Both the position numbers and the translations under genes were made by a program. The notes below the pieces were generated by a model. That model was given only the letters and a program-made list of their open reading frames with translations. It was not told where the DNA came from and made no database searches. A stretch of 64,000 nucleotides of DNA, taken from the NCBI GenBank assembly GCA_963664325.2, contig CAXXDQ010000003.1, positions 736,001 to 800,000 of the forward strand, given 5' to 3'. Of this stretch, positions 1 through 9,757 are shown piece after piece; the first letter of the stretch is position 1, and each line of letters begins with the position of its first letter. The stretch is from Desulfomonilia bacterium. Lineage in GTDB: Bacteria; Desulfobacterota; Desulfomonilia; UBA1062.

Positions 1-682
1 CGTCAACCGGCTCAAAACCGGTTATAACAGCAGGCCTTCCTGCTTCTGCTATAAATCTGTATGCCTCTGCGCCAAGCACAATGCTTACGTGGCCCGGGCA
101 CATGAAACCGTCGATATTAAGACAGGGATCCGATGCGAGGGCCTTCATTGCCGGCGGGATTATCTTGTGAACCGACAGTACGCTTAGGTTTTCAATTGCT
201 TTTTCTTTTGCCCGCATGATCATTGCCGCAATTGTCGGAGAGGTTGTTTCGAATCCTATTCCCATGAATACGACTTCTTTTTCCGGATTTGCCCCGGCAA
301 TCCTCAGACAGTCAATCGTTGATGAAACAATGCGTATATCCGAGCCTTCAGCGCGCAGCTTCTGCAGGCTTGCGCCTGCCGTACCCGGTACCCTCATCAT
401 GTCGCCGAATGTTGTGAAAATTACATCCTTTTGAGAAGCAAGCCAGATTGCCCTGTCAACATCCGAAATAGCCGTGACGCATACCGGGCAGCCAGGGCCC
501 GATATCAGCCTGATATTCTCCGGCATCAGTTTTCTTATTCCATAGCGTCCGATTGCCTGTGTATGACTTCCGCAGACCTCCATGACAGTCACTGTTTTGT
601 TTATACCTGCGGCAAGGACAGTTATCTTTTCCAAAATGGCCTTTGCCAGTTTCGGGTCGCGGTATTCGTCAATATATCTCAT
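1..682 (-). CDS. hypD: Hydrogenase maturation protein HypD (5' part; runs off window start)
   Basis: Not in the ORF track. The reverse strand from the ATG at 682 reads MRYIDEYRDP...MEVCGSHT...ISGPGCPVCVT...TTFGDMMRVPG, all HypD motifs. It overlaps the end of hypC. Confidence 0.93.
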   Translation of the reverse strand, partial: MRYIDEYRDPKLAKAILEKITVLAAGINKTVTVMEVCGSHTQAIGRYGIRKLMPENIRLISGPGCPVCVTAISDVDRAIWLASQKDVIFTTFGDMMRVPGTAGASLQKLRAEGSDIRIVSSTIDCLRIAGANPEKEVVFMGIGFETTSPTIAAMIMRAKEKAIENLSVLSVHKIIPPAMKALASDPCLNIDGFMCPGHVSIVLGAEAYRFIAEAGRPAVITGFEPVD

Positions 683-899
683 TTTCGATAATCTCTTTTA
701 AGGCCTCCAGGCTTTCCAGTGCAGACTCCTCATCCACCTTGTGCATGGCATATCCTGCGTGGGAAATCACATAATCCCCTAAGGCGACTTCTTCATCCAT
801 AAGGTCGAGGCTGACCTCCCGTTTTGTACCGCCGATGTCTATAACGGCGAAGTTGTCTTCATCAATTGAAATGATTTTTCCCGGAAATGCGATGCACAT
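669..899 (-). CDS. hypC: Hydrogenase chaperone HypC
   Basis: MCIAFPGKI N-terminus; GDYVISHAGYAM motif. Confidence 0.95.
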   Translation of the reverse strand: MCIAFPGKIISIDEDNFAVIDIGGTKREVSLDLMDEEVALGDYVISHAGYAMHKVDEESALESLEALKEIIENEIY

Positions 900-911
900 A
901 ATTAATATCTC

Positions 912-1256
912 CTATTCAACTTCCATCTCTATCAATTTTAGTTCTTCCGTTCCGCCTGAAAGCATGACCTCATTGCCTTTGCAAACCGGACAGACGGCCT
1001 CATAAGATTCTACCATAAAATCTTTTGTACAGCTCAGGCAATATATAAGCACAGGTTTTATGTCAAACTTAAGTTCGGCACCATGTGCCGGTGTGCCTTC
1101 AGACAGGACTTCGAAGGCAAAGGTGAGTGCAGATGGAACAACTGTGGAGGCCTTTCCGAAAGAGAGAGTTATACTTTTAACCTCACTGAAATTCTGCCTT
1201 GCAGCGTATTCTTCAACAATATCCAGGATTGACCGCACCAGTGACATCTCATGCAT
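912..1256 (-). CDS. hypA: Hydrogenase nickel metallochaperone HypA
   Basis: MHEMSL start; two CxxC motifs; GxEL near the C-terminus. Confidence 0.95.
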   Translation of the reverse strand: MHEMSLVRSILDIVEEYAARQNFSEVKSITLSFGKASTVVPSALTFAFEVLSEGTPAHGAELKFDIKPVLIYCLSCTKDFMVESYEAVCPVCKGNEVMLSGGTEELKLIEMEVE

Positions 1257-1746
1257 TTTTTACCTCAGGCTTGATTCCGAGAGATTCTAGCTCCTTTATA
1301 AACAGGCTTTCCATGGCAGGCAAACGTTTCTTCAAATCAAGCGTCATTTCAAGGTTCATGTCCTTGAATTCCTTAGGTACAATACAAAGGAAAACCATCT
1401 CCGGAAGCTCTCCCATCATTTCAGCCTTGATCAGGACATCAGAAAACTTGACTTCATGCGCCGATGTAGGAGGCGGTACCATCGTCAGGAATTCCTCATG
1501 TGTAAACCTGTAGATCGAGCCTGGAGAATCATCGATTTTTATACAGTCGATTACAATCATTATGTCGCTTCGGTCGAATATATCAAGCAGGATATACCCC
1601 ATTACACCGCCGTCAATCAATTCGATGTTTTCAGGAAAAGAATATTTGTTCTCGACATATCTTACAAAATGGACGCCGAACCCTTCATCGGCAAGAAGAA
1701 TATTTCCAAGCCCTAGAATTGTAATCCTTTTCTTCTGCATTTTCAT
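1249..1746 (-). CDS. Hydrogenase maturation endopeptidase (HyaD/HybD/HydD family)
   Basis: LGLGNILLADEGFG, IDGG and SAHE motifs; operon context. Confidence 0.93.
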   Translation of the reverse strand: MKMQKKRITILGLGNILLADEGFGVHFVRYVENKYSFPENIELIDGGVMGYILLDIFDRSDIMIVIDCIKIDDSPGSIYRFTHEEFLTMVPPPTSAHEVKFSDVLIKAEMMGELPEMVFLCIVPKEFKDMNLEMTLDLKKRLPAMESLFIKELESLGIKPEVKNA

Positions 1747-1751
1747 CCAAA

Positions 1752-1785
1752 TAGAAAGAAAGGAGGGAATTACCCCTCCTTTCCT
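1752..1785 (-). terminator. Intra-operon intrinsic terminator/stabilising hairpin after the hydrogenase structural genes
   Basis: GAAAGGAGGG/CCCTCCTTTC inverted repeat, followed on the minus strand by a T-rich tract. Confidence 0.65.
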
Positions 1786-1812
1786 GTGTATAAATCAAAG
1801 ACCTGGTTTAAA

Positions 1813-2469
1813 CTAGTGGTCGTTTTTCTTGAAAAGCCTTCCGCCCACCATTGATGACAGTGTGCCTTCCTTAATCACTGCATCATACCAGAAAGCCATA
1901 TAAATATGCACCGGTATGAAAAGGATGAACAGCCATGTGAAGATATGGTGCACATACCTGACGGTTGCCAGACCGCCCATCCATCCTGCCAGCGGCTTGA
2001 ATATTGAGGTGAAGCCTACGGAATAATTGTTCCCCATGAGAGCCAGGCCTGTAATAACAATTATAAGCCACATGACAATAAGCCCGCCGTATGCGAGTGA
2101 CTGGAGTGGTCCGTAAAGGTACTTGTGACCCGGTTTTTCTTCAGAGATAAATGCATAAAACTTTATCTGCTTCCAGAAATTAGGCCAGTCGGTCCAGGCA
2201 AGAAAGTCTTTCCAGTCCGCATGAAAGCGCGAGAAAAACATCATGTACACCCTCCACACTAGCAGGAATACAAGTACAATCCCGAAGAAGATGTGGATAT
2301 AACGGATGTTGCCCATCAGAAACTTGCTTATTGTTTCACCTTCTCCCACAGAAAACGGTTCTGCAATATAAAACCCTGTCGGGATAAGTATAAAGATGGA
2401 CAGCGCCATTAACCAGTGGTTAACCCTCATCGAGAGCGACCATTCTTTAACTGCTACTCTCGTATCCAT
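1813..2469 (-). CDS. hydC: Ni/Fe-hydrogenase b-type cytochrome subunit
   Basis: RVNHW, RYIH, RYVHH and VHIY haem-ligand histidines; four hydrophobic helices. Confidence 0.92.
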   Translation of the reverse strand: MDTRVAVKEWSLSMRVNHWLMALSIFILIPTGFYIAEPFSVGEGETISKFLMGNIRYIHIFFGIVLVFLLVWRVYMMFFSRFHADWKDFLAWTDWPNFWKQIKFYAFISEEKPGHKYLYGPLQSLAYGGLIVMWLIIVITGLALMGNNYSVGFTSIFKPLAGWMGGLATVRYVHHIFTWLFILFIPVHIYMAFWYDAVIKEGTLSSMVGGRLFKKNDH

Positions 2470-2480
2470 GTCTTTCTCCC

Positions 2481-4142
2481 TTATGCTACCTTGAATACTT
2501 TTACTTCATTAGTATCAGTGTCGATCAGGTGAACGGCGCACGCCATGCACGGGTCGAATGAATGTATCGTCCTGAGGATTTCGAGCGGCTGCTCGATGTT
2601 GGCAAGCTTGGTTCCGATGAGGGCTTCCTCGTAAGGACCTCTTTTGCCGTCCTTGTCTCTCGGAGAGCAGTTCCATGTTGACGGTACGATTGCCTGGTAG
2701 TTCTTTATCACCTGGTTTTCAATCTTTATCCAGTGGCCAAGCGCTCCGCGCGGCGGTTCTGTAAGGCCGCGGCCTTCACCTTCATCCGGCACATCGCAGC
2801 GTGTCCATGTCCTGGTGTCTCCTGAAGCCAGGCTTGCAATGAGTTCATTCACCCAGCCGTCTATTTTGTCGCCGACATATACGGTTTCAATACCCCTTGC
2901 AGCTGTTCTGCCAAGCGTTGAGAACAGTGCCGTTACAGGGATACCAGCAGTTTTCAGGGTATTGTCTATAAGCGGTTTGATCTCTTCGTGGTTTTGTGCG
3001 TATGCAACGACCATTCTTGCAAGCGGGCCGACTTCGTAGGGAGTATTGTCGAATCTCGGCGCCTTGCACCATGAGTATTTGCCTTCGCCATCGAGATTAC
3101 CGTTCTTATACCCGGTATAATCAGGATCAGTAGTTCCATTATATGGATGAGCGGCTTCGCCCTTATACCATGAGTGAATGACTTCCTCTGTAATCTTGCT
3201 TTCGTCGAGTACTATCGGGTTGGCTATATCAGCGGCCTTCACGAGACCCCTCGGGAAGAGAAGCTTGTTCTCTCCGTCATCAAGAGGGAACCCTCCATAT
3301 GCAAGATAATTTTTCACGCCTGCGCCGATGCCTGCGGCACCTTCATCCTTGTAATACGTGGCTGCAAGAAGGAGGTCGGGTATATAAGCGGTTTTCACGA
3401 AATTGTTGAGTTCATAAAGCCTGTATCTGTATGCGCCGATACGGTTTGCATCGAGGTCTGCACCGCAGGTTACGCCCCCTACTACGAGGGTCTGCGGGTG
3501 GGGGTTCTTGCCGCCGAATATCGCCATCATCTGCGCCCCGAGCTTTGAAACCTGGAGTGCATCAAGGTAATGCGATGTGATGACAAGGTTTGCCTCCGGC
3601 GGAAGTTTGTATGACGGGTTGCCCCAGTAAGCGTTTGCAAAAGGCCCGAGCCTGCCTGATTCAACAAACTTCTTCAGTCTCTTCTGGACAGCTTCATAAT
3701 GCGTGACAGAACAATTGTAAGGGTCGTCACTGTACGCACGCGCCATTTCAACCGCCTTCTTCGGATCCGCGGACAGGCATTTCGTAATATCAACCCAGTC
3801 AAGCCCGTGGAGGTGGTAGAAATGCATTACATGGTCATAAAGGTACTGAGCGCCGTGTATCAGGTTTCTTATGATTCTTGCATTTTTGGGCGGCTTTACC
3901 TTGAATGCGTCTTCGCATGCCTTGATGCTTGCCTCGTAATGGACATATGTACAAACTCCGCAGAAACGCTGAACTATCAGGCCGGCATCCCTCGGGTCAC
4001 GGCCCTTTAATATCTGCTCAATTCCGCGCCACAGCGTGATGCTGCTCCATGCGTCTTTAATGACATTATTTTCAACCTCGCACTCTATGCGAAGGTGGCC
4101 TTCAATCCTTGTAATCGGGTCAACGATTATTCTACTTCCCAT
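2481..4142 (-). CDS. hydB: Group 1 [NiFe]-hydrogenase large subunit
   Basis: DPITRIEGH; L1 QRFCGVC; L2 SFDPCMACAVH followed by a cleavable tail. Confidence 0.97.
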   Translation of the reverse strand: MGSRIIVDPITRIEGHLRIECEVENNVIKDAWSSITLWRGIEQILKGRDPRDAGLIVQRFCGVCTYVHYEASIKACEDAFKVKPPKNARIIRNLIHGAQYLYDHVMHFYHLHGLDWVDITKCLSADPKKAVEMARAYSDDPYNCSVTHYEAVQKRLKKFVESGRLGPFANAYWGNPSYKLPPEANLVITSHYLDALQVSKLGAQMMAIFGGKNPHPQTLVVGGVTCGADLDANRIGAYRYRLYELNNFVKTAYIPDLLLAATYYKDEGAAGIGAGVKNYLAYGGFPLDDGENKLLFPRGLVKAADIANPIVLDESKITEEVIHSWYKGEAAHPYNGTTDPDYTGYKNGNLDGEGKYSWCKAPRFDNTPYEVGPLARMVVAYAQNHEEIKPLIDNTLKTAGIPVTALFSTLGRTAARGIETVYVGDKIDGWVNELIASLASGDTRTWTRCDVPDEGEGRGLTEPPRGALGHWIKIENQVIKNYQAIVPSTWNCSPRDKDGKRGPYEEALIGTKLANIEQPLEILRTIHSFDPCMACAVHLIDTDTNEVKVFKVA

Positions 4143-4169
4143 AATTTATCCTCCAATGCCTTTTATCCG

Positions 4170-5387
4170 TTATTGAGCGCCATGCTCGTCTTTCTTGTCT
4201 TCAGCAACATTCTTGGGCTGACCATGTTTTTTTGCCAGTGTAATCCCTGCATGTGCGGCAACACCGACAACCGTTGCGCCTAGAAGACCCGCGCCGATAA
4301 GGTCGACCGGTGCCTCTACGCCGCCCAGACCGATTGGTTTATCATCGATGGGTTTTTCGAAAGGCGCCATTCTGTCCCAGAAAGCCGGCTCAGTGCAGCC
4401 GATGCAGCCATGCCCCGCCATTATCGGCCATGAGATGCCGTCATTGAAACGTGCTTTTGCGCAATTTGCATATGTGTACGGGCCCTTGCATCCGACTTTA
4501 TATAAGCACCAGCCTTTTAACTGGCCCTGATCGCCCCATTCCTCGACATACTCTCCTGCATCGTAATGAGGTCTTCTCTCACAGTAGTCATGTATGCGTT
4601 TCCCGTATCCGAACAGCGGCCGGCCTAAAGCATCACATGGAGGCAATCCCTTGAACAGCAGGAAATGAAGCAATGTGCCTACAAAATTAACCGGGTTCGG
4701 CGGGCAGCCTGCAATATTAACAGTGGATATGCCGATAACATCACTGATCTTCTTGGCATCGGTCGGATTTGGCTTTGCGGCCGGAATGCCGCCGGTTGAA
4801 GAACAGCTTCCTATGCAGATTGTAGCCATAGCGCTTCCGCAAACTTCCTTGGCAATTTCTGCGCCTGTTTTGCCTTTCGGTCCCAGCCTCATGAAGTCGC
4901 CGTTATGGCCGACAGGGATCGCACCTTCAACAACGCAAACATACTGCCCCTTGAAATTCTTTACGCAGTCTTCAAGGCATTTCTCAGCCTGATCCCCTGC
5001 TGCCGCCATTAGCGTTTCATGATACTGCAGGTCAATCGTGTCGAGTAAGATTGAATCAACATTCGGATAAGATGTTCTCAGGAAAGATTCGGAGCAGCCG
5101 GTGCATTCTGCGAAGTGAAGCCAGACTACCGGAAGTCTTCCAAGGTTTTCCGCAGCTTTTGCCACCATCGGTTTGAACATGGGTGGCAGCATAAGCGCTG
5201 CTGTCATTGCCGATGTCCATTTGAGGAAGTCCCTTCTGGATACGCCCCTTTCCTTCAGCTCTTCAGCCAGATTAAATCTTGCAGGCGGCAGGGAGGCGTC
5301 CATTTCCTCCATGTGCACACTGCACTGCTCCATGAGCTTTTCGTACTGCTCTTTTGCGTTACTGTTACAACCCTTTTTCCCTGCCAT
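4170..5387 (-). CDS. hydA: Group 1 [NiFe]-hydrogenase small subunit, Tat-exported, C-terminally anchored
   Basis: SRRDFLK Tat motif; ECTGCSES; GCPPNP; HDYCERR; GCKGP; GHGCIGCTEP; C-terminal TM helix. Confidence 0.97.
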   Translation of the reverse strand: MAGKKGCNSNAKEQYEKLMEQCSVHMEEMDASLPPARFNLAEELKERGVSRRDFLKWTSAMTAALMLPPMFKPMVAKAAENLGRLPVVWLHFAECTGCSESFLRTSYPNVDSILLDTIDLQYHETLMAAAGDQAEKCLEDCVKNFKGQYVCVVEGAIPVGHNGDFMRLGPKGKTGAEIAKEVCGSAMATICIGSCSSTGGIPAAKPNPTDAKKISDVIGISTVNIAGCPPNPVNFVGTLLHFLLFKGLPPCDALGRPLFGYGKRIHDYCERRPHYDAGEYVEEWGDQGQLKGWCLYKVGCKGPYTYANCAKARFNDGISWPIMAGHGCIGCTEPAFWDRMAPFEKPIDDKPIGLGGVEAPVDLIGAGLLGATVVGVAAHAGITLAKKHGQPKNVAEDKKDEHGAQ

Positions 5388-5652
5388 ACCTTAACCCCCT
5401 CTTAGTTATTAGGTATCTTTATAATGAATTATAAAAAAGACATAAGCAGGGTTTTAAATCAAGAAAAATATTGAATCAGTATTTCTTATGGAATATCAAC
5501 TAGATAATTATATATGATTGTATCAGATTAAATAACAATGAAGATAGCGTTTGAACGTGGTGTTTTCTGTTATCTGAAAACAAATCATACAATTCTTGTT
5601 AAAAAGTGGAGGCTCATTGAAGCTTGACTTGGTTGTTCAAGTACCATAGGGT

Positions 5653-6369
5653 TTGATGGTGGACTGGGATATTATTTTAGAAACTTATCCGGATGACAGG
5701 GAAGGAATTCTCTCGGCAAAAACACTTTATGAAAACATAAATTATGTCTGTAAAAATTTCGAACTCCCGGCAATTAATATTGTAAGGATTTCTGAAGGTG
5801 ATTTCCAGCAGCTCGTGCCTGTTCTGGCCGAGATCTGCAAGACTACATGGAAGACTCACTTTAATACAATGCCTGCTTTTGACATGGTATCCGCCTCTGA
5901 CGCATTTATCTGGGGAGGGAGCATCAATGTGCCTGAAGCGGATGCTCCGGTAATCGATATCCTTCTCAATAATGCGCTGAGAGCAGTTTTGAGAAAGCTA
6001 AGAGGTTCTTTTTCTGAGACTAAAAAACCGGAAACAGATACAGGCAGATGCGCATTCTGCGGTACACATGCCCGCATTGCCTTTGATGAAGAATCTCAGA
6101 GAGTTCTGCACTGCCCGCTTTGCGGATTTTCATGGAGATTCCCGAGGTTTAGATGCACTTATTGCGGAAACTCCGAACACGAGAAACTTGGCTTTTTCGA
6201 AGCCGATGATATTGATGGCGTAAGGGTGTATTTCTGCAGGGAATGCGGCCATTATATCAAGGCCGTTGATGCGAAGGATAAAATTTCACCGGATGCTGAA
6301 ACAATGGATGCCCTGACGCTGGAATTTGATGAGCTTGCAAAGGAAGAGGGTTTTACCCAGGTTCCTTGA
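5653..6369 (+). CDS. fdhE: FdhE-family accessory protein
   Basis: CAFCG, CPLCGFSW, RCTYCGN and FCRECGHYIK motifs; DELAKEEGF C-terminus. Confidence 0.8.
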   Translation: MMVDWDIILETYPDDREGILSAKTLYENINYVCKNFELPAINIVRISEGDFQQLVPVLAEICKTTWKTHFNTMPAFDMVSASDAFIWGGSINVPEADAPVIDILLNNALRAVLRKLRGSFSETKKPETDTGRCAFCGTHARIAFDEESQRVLHCPLCGFSWRFPRFRCTYCGNSEHEKLGFFEADDIDGVRVYFCRECGHYIKAVDAKDKISPDAETMDALTLEFDELAKEEGFTQVP

Positions 6370-6456
6370 TCGAATGCATCTTGTCGGCGCACTAAGCAAA
6401 TTTTTAAAATATAAAATCTTCACAAGATATGATGAAACTTTAATTTAGGGGCCGTC

Positions 6457-7362
6457 ATGATATTTAGCACTCCCGGAAAAGTAACCGACCGAATAACACT
6501 TTTAGGCCGCAGGGAATCATGCGTCTATCTTCTTGACGGTAGGACGGAGTATGCGATTCTCGGCGGAGGAATGACTTATATCGTTCCTGACGTTCAAAGC
6601 CAGATTGCTAATACAGGTACTTACGAAAAGTCGATAAGCCGTCTGGTGATCCATCACTCGCACTTCGATCATGTAGGCATTGTTCCGTATTTTAAAAAGC
6701 GATGGCCGTGGGTTAGTATAACGGCTTCAGCCAGAGGAGCCGTTCAGCTTGCCAAGCCTGCTGTTATAGATGCGATAAAAGGTATTAATCGTATGGTGCT
6801 TTCGAACAACGGTCTGGCAGATAGGGCAGATGAACTGGGATTGGATTTCGATACAATACCTGTTGATGACATGCCGGACGAGGGTGAAACCAGAAGAATC
6901 GGAGACCTGACACTTGAATTCATGATGGTGCCCGGCCACAGCACATGCTCGATGGCTGTTTATGTCCCCGAGTTAAAAGCCCTCTTTGCCTCTGATGCAG
7001 GCGGCATTCCTTTCGGGGGACTGGTTTTTGCAGCTGCAAACTCGAACTTTGATCTGTATCAGGCAAGCCTTGTTAAAATGGCTGGATACGATGTGGATTT
7101 TCATGGTGCAGAACATTACGGGGCTTTTACAGGCGAGGATGCGAGGTCATTTATCCCCAAATCGATTGAGGCGGCATTTGAGACCCGGAAGATGATAGAA
7201 GATTCATTGAAAAAAACAAACAGCGCGTCAGTGACTTCCAATGAAATAACCGACTGGATCGCGGCAAATGCAGGAAAATATTTCCTGCCGAGGGATGTTC
7301 TGAAAATGGTTGTTGACCAGATGACAGGCTGGCTTGCCAGGAGCATGAACATACAATCATAA
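6457..7362 (+). CDS. Metallo-beta-lactamase-fold hydrolase
   Basis: HSHFDH, PGHS, FASD and EH metal motifs. Confidence 0.85.
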   Translation: MIFSTPGKVTDRITLLGRRESCVYLLDGRTEYAILGGGMTYIVPDVQSQIANTGTYEKSISRLVIHHSHFDHVGIVPYFKKRWPWVSITASARGAVQLAKPAVIDAIKGINRMVLSNNGLADRADELGLDFDTIPVDDMPDEGETRRIGDLTLEFMMVPGHSTCSMAVYVPELKALFASDAGGIPFGGLVFAAANSNFDLYQASLVKMAGYDVDFHGAEHYGAFTGEDARSFIPKSIEAAFETRKMIEDSLKKTNSASVTSNEITDWIAANAGKYFLPRDVLKMVVDQMTGWLARSMNIQS

Positions 7363-7376
7363 GTGGAGGCTGATCA

Positions 7377-8396
7377 ATGAAAGACATCCTGATGACTATT
7401 GAAAGGCATATAATAGAAGAGCAGAGGCTTTACGGAGGAACAGGGGATTTCAGTTCGGTGTTGACCCAGATAGTCCTGGCTGCCAAGGTGGTTTCCGCAC
7501 AGGTTTCGCAGGCGGGGCTTGCAGAAAATATTCTTGGTTCTGCTGGAGCGAAGAATATAACTGGCGACGAACAGCAGAAGCTCGATGTATTTGCCGACAG
7601 GGCTTTTATAAATGCCCTCAGTTATATAGGCAAGGTTTGCGTCATGGCGTCAGAGGAAGATGATGATGTGGTGCTTATTCCTGACGGTTATCCCAAAGGT
7701 GAATATGTGGTGATGTTCGACCCCCTTGACGGATCATCAAATATCGACGTGAATGTTTCTATCGGGACCATTTTTTCGATCTATAAAAGGATTACGGATG
7801 GAGGCGACGGAACGCTCGAGGATTGCCTGCAGCCTGGATACAGGCAGTTTGGTGCAGGCTACGTGGTTTATTCAAGCTCAACGGTGATGGTCTATTCGAC
7901 TGGCAACGGGGTGAACGGCTTTACACTTGATCCTAGCGTCGGTGAATTCATTCTCTCGCATCCCGATATCAAGATTCCCGACCGGGGCAAGATATACAGC
8001 GTAAATGAGTCCTATTACAATTACTGGAAAAAAGGCACGAAGGCATATATCGACCATGTCAAAACGGATAAAACTCATATAAAAAAGCCATACTCAGCAA
8101 GATATATAGGATCTCTTGTTGCGGACTTTCACAGGAATCTTCTGAAGGGCGGCATATTCCTTTATCCGGAGGACAGTCTTGATCCGAAAAAACCAAGCGG
8201 TAAACTCAGGCTTCTTTATGAGGCAAACCCTCTGGCATTTATAGCCGAGCAGGCAGGCGGCTATGCAAGCACAGGATATGAGCGTATCCTTGATATCATA
8301 CCGGCAGAAATTCATCAGAGAGTGCCGCTGATTATAGGTTCAAAAGAAGATGTTAAGGAATACGAAGAATTTGCAAAACAAAACAGTATGGGGTAA
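7377..8396 (+). CDS. fbp: Fructose-1,6-bisphosphatase class 1
   Basis: FDPLDGSSNIDVNVSIGTIF; RYIGSLVADFHR; GKLRLLYEANP. Confidence 0.97.
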   Translation: MKDILMTIERHIIEEQRLYGGTGDFSSVLTQIVLAAKVVSAQVSQAGLAENILGSAGAKNITGDEQQKLDVFADRAFINALSYIGKVCVMASEEDDDVVLIPDGYPKGEYVVMFDPLDGSSNIDVNVSIGTIFSIYKRITDGGDGTLEDCLQPGYRQFGAGYVVYSSSTVMVYSTGNGVNGFTLDPSVGEFILSHPDIKIPDRGKIYSVNESYYNYWKKGTKAYIDHVKTDKTHIKKPYSARYIGSLVADFHRNLLKGGIFLYPEDSLDPKKPSGKLRLLYEANPLAFIAEQAGGYASTGYERILDIIPAEIHQRVPLIIGSKEDVKEYEEFAKQNSMG

Positions 8397-8428
8397 TCGC
8401 AGAAAATCATAAAAAATGGAGGATCAAA

Positions 8429-9697
8429 ATGAGCTATAAATCTGATTATGTAAAAGCTCTTAAGATCGGCAGACCGCCGAATGTCACAAAACTTTTTCCG
8501 TATTCGAAGGCTCTTCTCGTGAGCGGCAAGGTAATCGACCGCGCGATGAGGGCGAAAGGCCATGCAATGACGATTGCAGCCAATGGCAGAAGCACGATGG
8601 TCATACGCGGAACACTCAAGGCGGCCCAGAAAGCCAATGCAGCCGTCATAATCGAGATAGCGAAATCAGAAAGCAATTACTGCCATGTCGGGCTGTGGAA
8701 TATCGCCAGGTATGTGGATTCCTTCTGCAACGAACTTGGAATAACAGTCCCGGTTGCCGTACATGCAGATCACTTTGGGATTACGAGCGCTGCCGAGCTT
8801 GAAAAGGCGAAGACCGATATACCGTCCATATTCGATGAGGGCATTACATCGATTGCAATCGACGCCTCGCACATGCCTGAAGATGAAAACCTTCTTGCAA
8901 ACATCGAAATCAGCAAATACATACCGTCGTGGGCCGGATATGAGACCGAGGTCGGCGAAATCAAGGGCGCATCAGGACTTTCAACACCGGAAGAGGCCCT
9001 GTTCCTGATTCAGGGATTGAATGCCCATAAAATTTATCCAGATTGGATTGCCTTGAACAACGGCACAACACACGGGATTGAGGAAAGCGATGCGGGAATA
9101 CAGGTCGAACTGACCGCCAAGATTCACAAGGCGCTTGAAAAATACGGTGTATCCGGGGCGCAGCACGGCACATCGGGCAACAGCAACGTCAGGCTAAAGA
9201 AGATTGCCGCTGAAACTCATACTACAAAGGCGAATGTGGCAACCGCCCTGCAGATGCTTTCCTGGGGTGTAAAGGTGAATGAATTCGGTAATGCCATTCT
9301 GGATGCCGAAAAGAACCTGCTCAAGGTCGAATGCACAGGCATGGATGACAAGCTGTGGGCTGAAATGGTTGCATACGCAAAAGACAAAGGCCTCAAGGCC
9401 GATGGTTTTAAAAAGCTCAATCTCCCGTTTGAAAACAAGATACTTGCACAGACCTCAGAAGTCAGGGAACGCATGGAAAAGGCTGTGGAAGACTTTGTTT
9501 ATGAGCTGCTTACCAGCGTCTTTAATGCAAAAGACACTGCACCCCTTGCAGTTGATGCAATTCTCAAGGCGGGTTCTTATGACCTGGGCCCCAAAGGGAC
9601 TCCTGTCGATAAAGCCTCAGATTGGACGGTAGAAAAGATCAGGGCGAAAGCGAAAGAAAAAACAGACGATGGCCCGGCGGGGAAATACGACGACTGA
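8429..9697 (+). CDS. fba: Class II fructose-bisphosphate aldolase
   Basis: VHADH, IDASH, ETEVGEI, GTTHG, QHGTSG and KANVAT motifs; adjacent to fbp. Confidence 0.88.
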   Translation: MSYKSDYVKALKIGRPPNVTKLFPYSKALLVSGKVIDRAMRAKGHAMTIAANGRSTMVIRGTLKAAQKANAAVIIEIAKSESNYCHVGLWNIARYVDSFCNELGITVPVAVHADHFGITSAAELEKAKTDIPSIFDEGITSIAIDASHMPEDENLLANIEISKYIPSWAGYETEVGEIKGASGLSTPEEALFLIQGLNAHKIYPDWIALNNGTTHGIEESDAGIQVELTAKIHKALEKYGVSGAQHGTSGNSNVRLKKIAAETHTTKANVATALQMLSWGVKVNEFGNAILDAEKNLLKVECTGMDDKLWAEMVAYAKDKGLKADGFKKLNLPFENKILAQTSEVRERMEKAVEDFVYELLTSVFNAKDTAPLAVDAILKAGSYDLGPKGTPVDKASDWTVEKIRAKAKEKTDDGPAGKYDD

Positions 9698-9723
9698 CGG
9701 CTGCCAGAGTAAATCAGATGAAT

Positions 9724-9757
9724 AAAAGCAAGGCCATGATCAGCTCATGGCCTTTTT
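9724..9757. terminator. Bidirectional intrinsic terminator
   Basis: AAGGCCATGA-tcagc-TCATGGCCTT flanked by A and T tracts, between convergent genes. Confidence 0.8.

Noticed and set aside
2530-2565. [NiFeSe] hydrogenase / selenocysteine recoding
   Set aside because: The L2 motif reads DPCMAC with ordinary Cys codons; there is no in-frame TGA.
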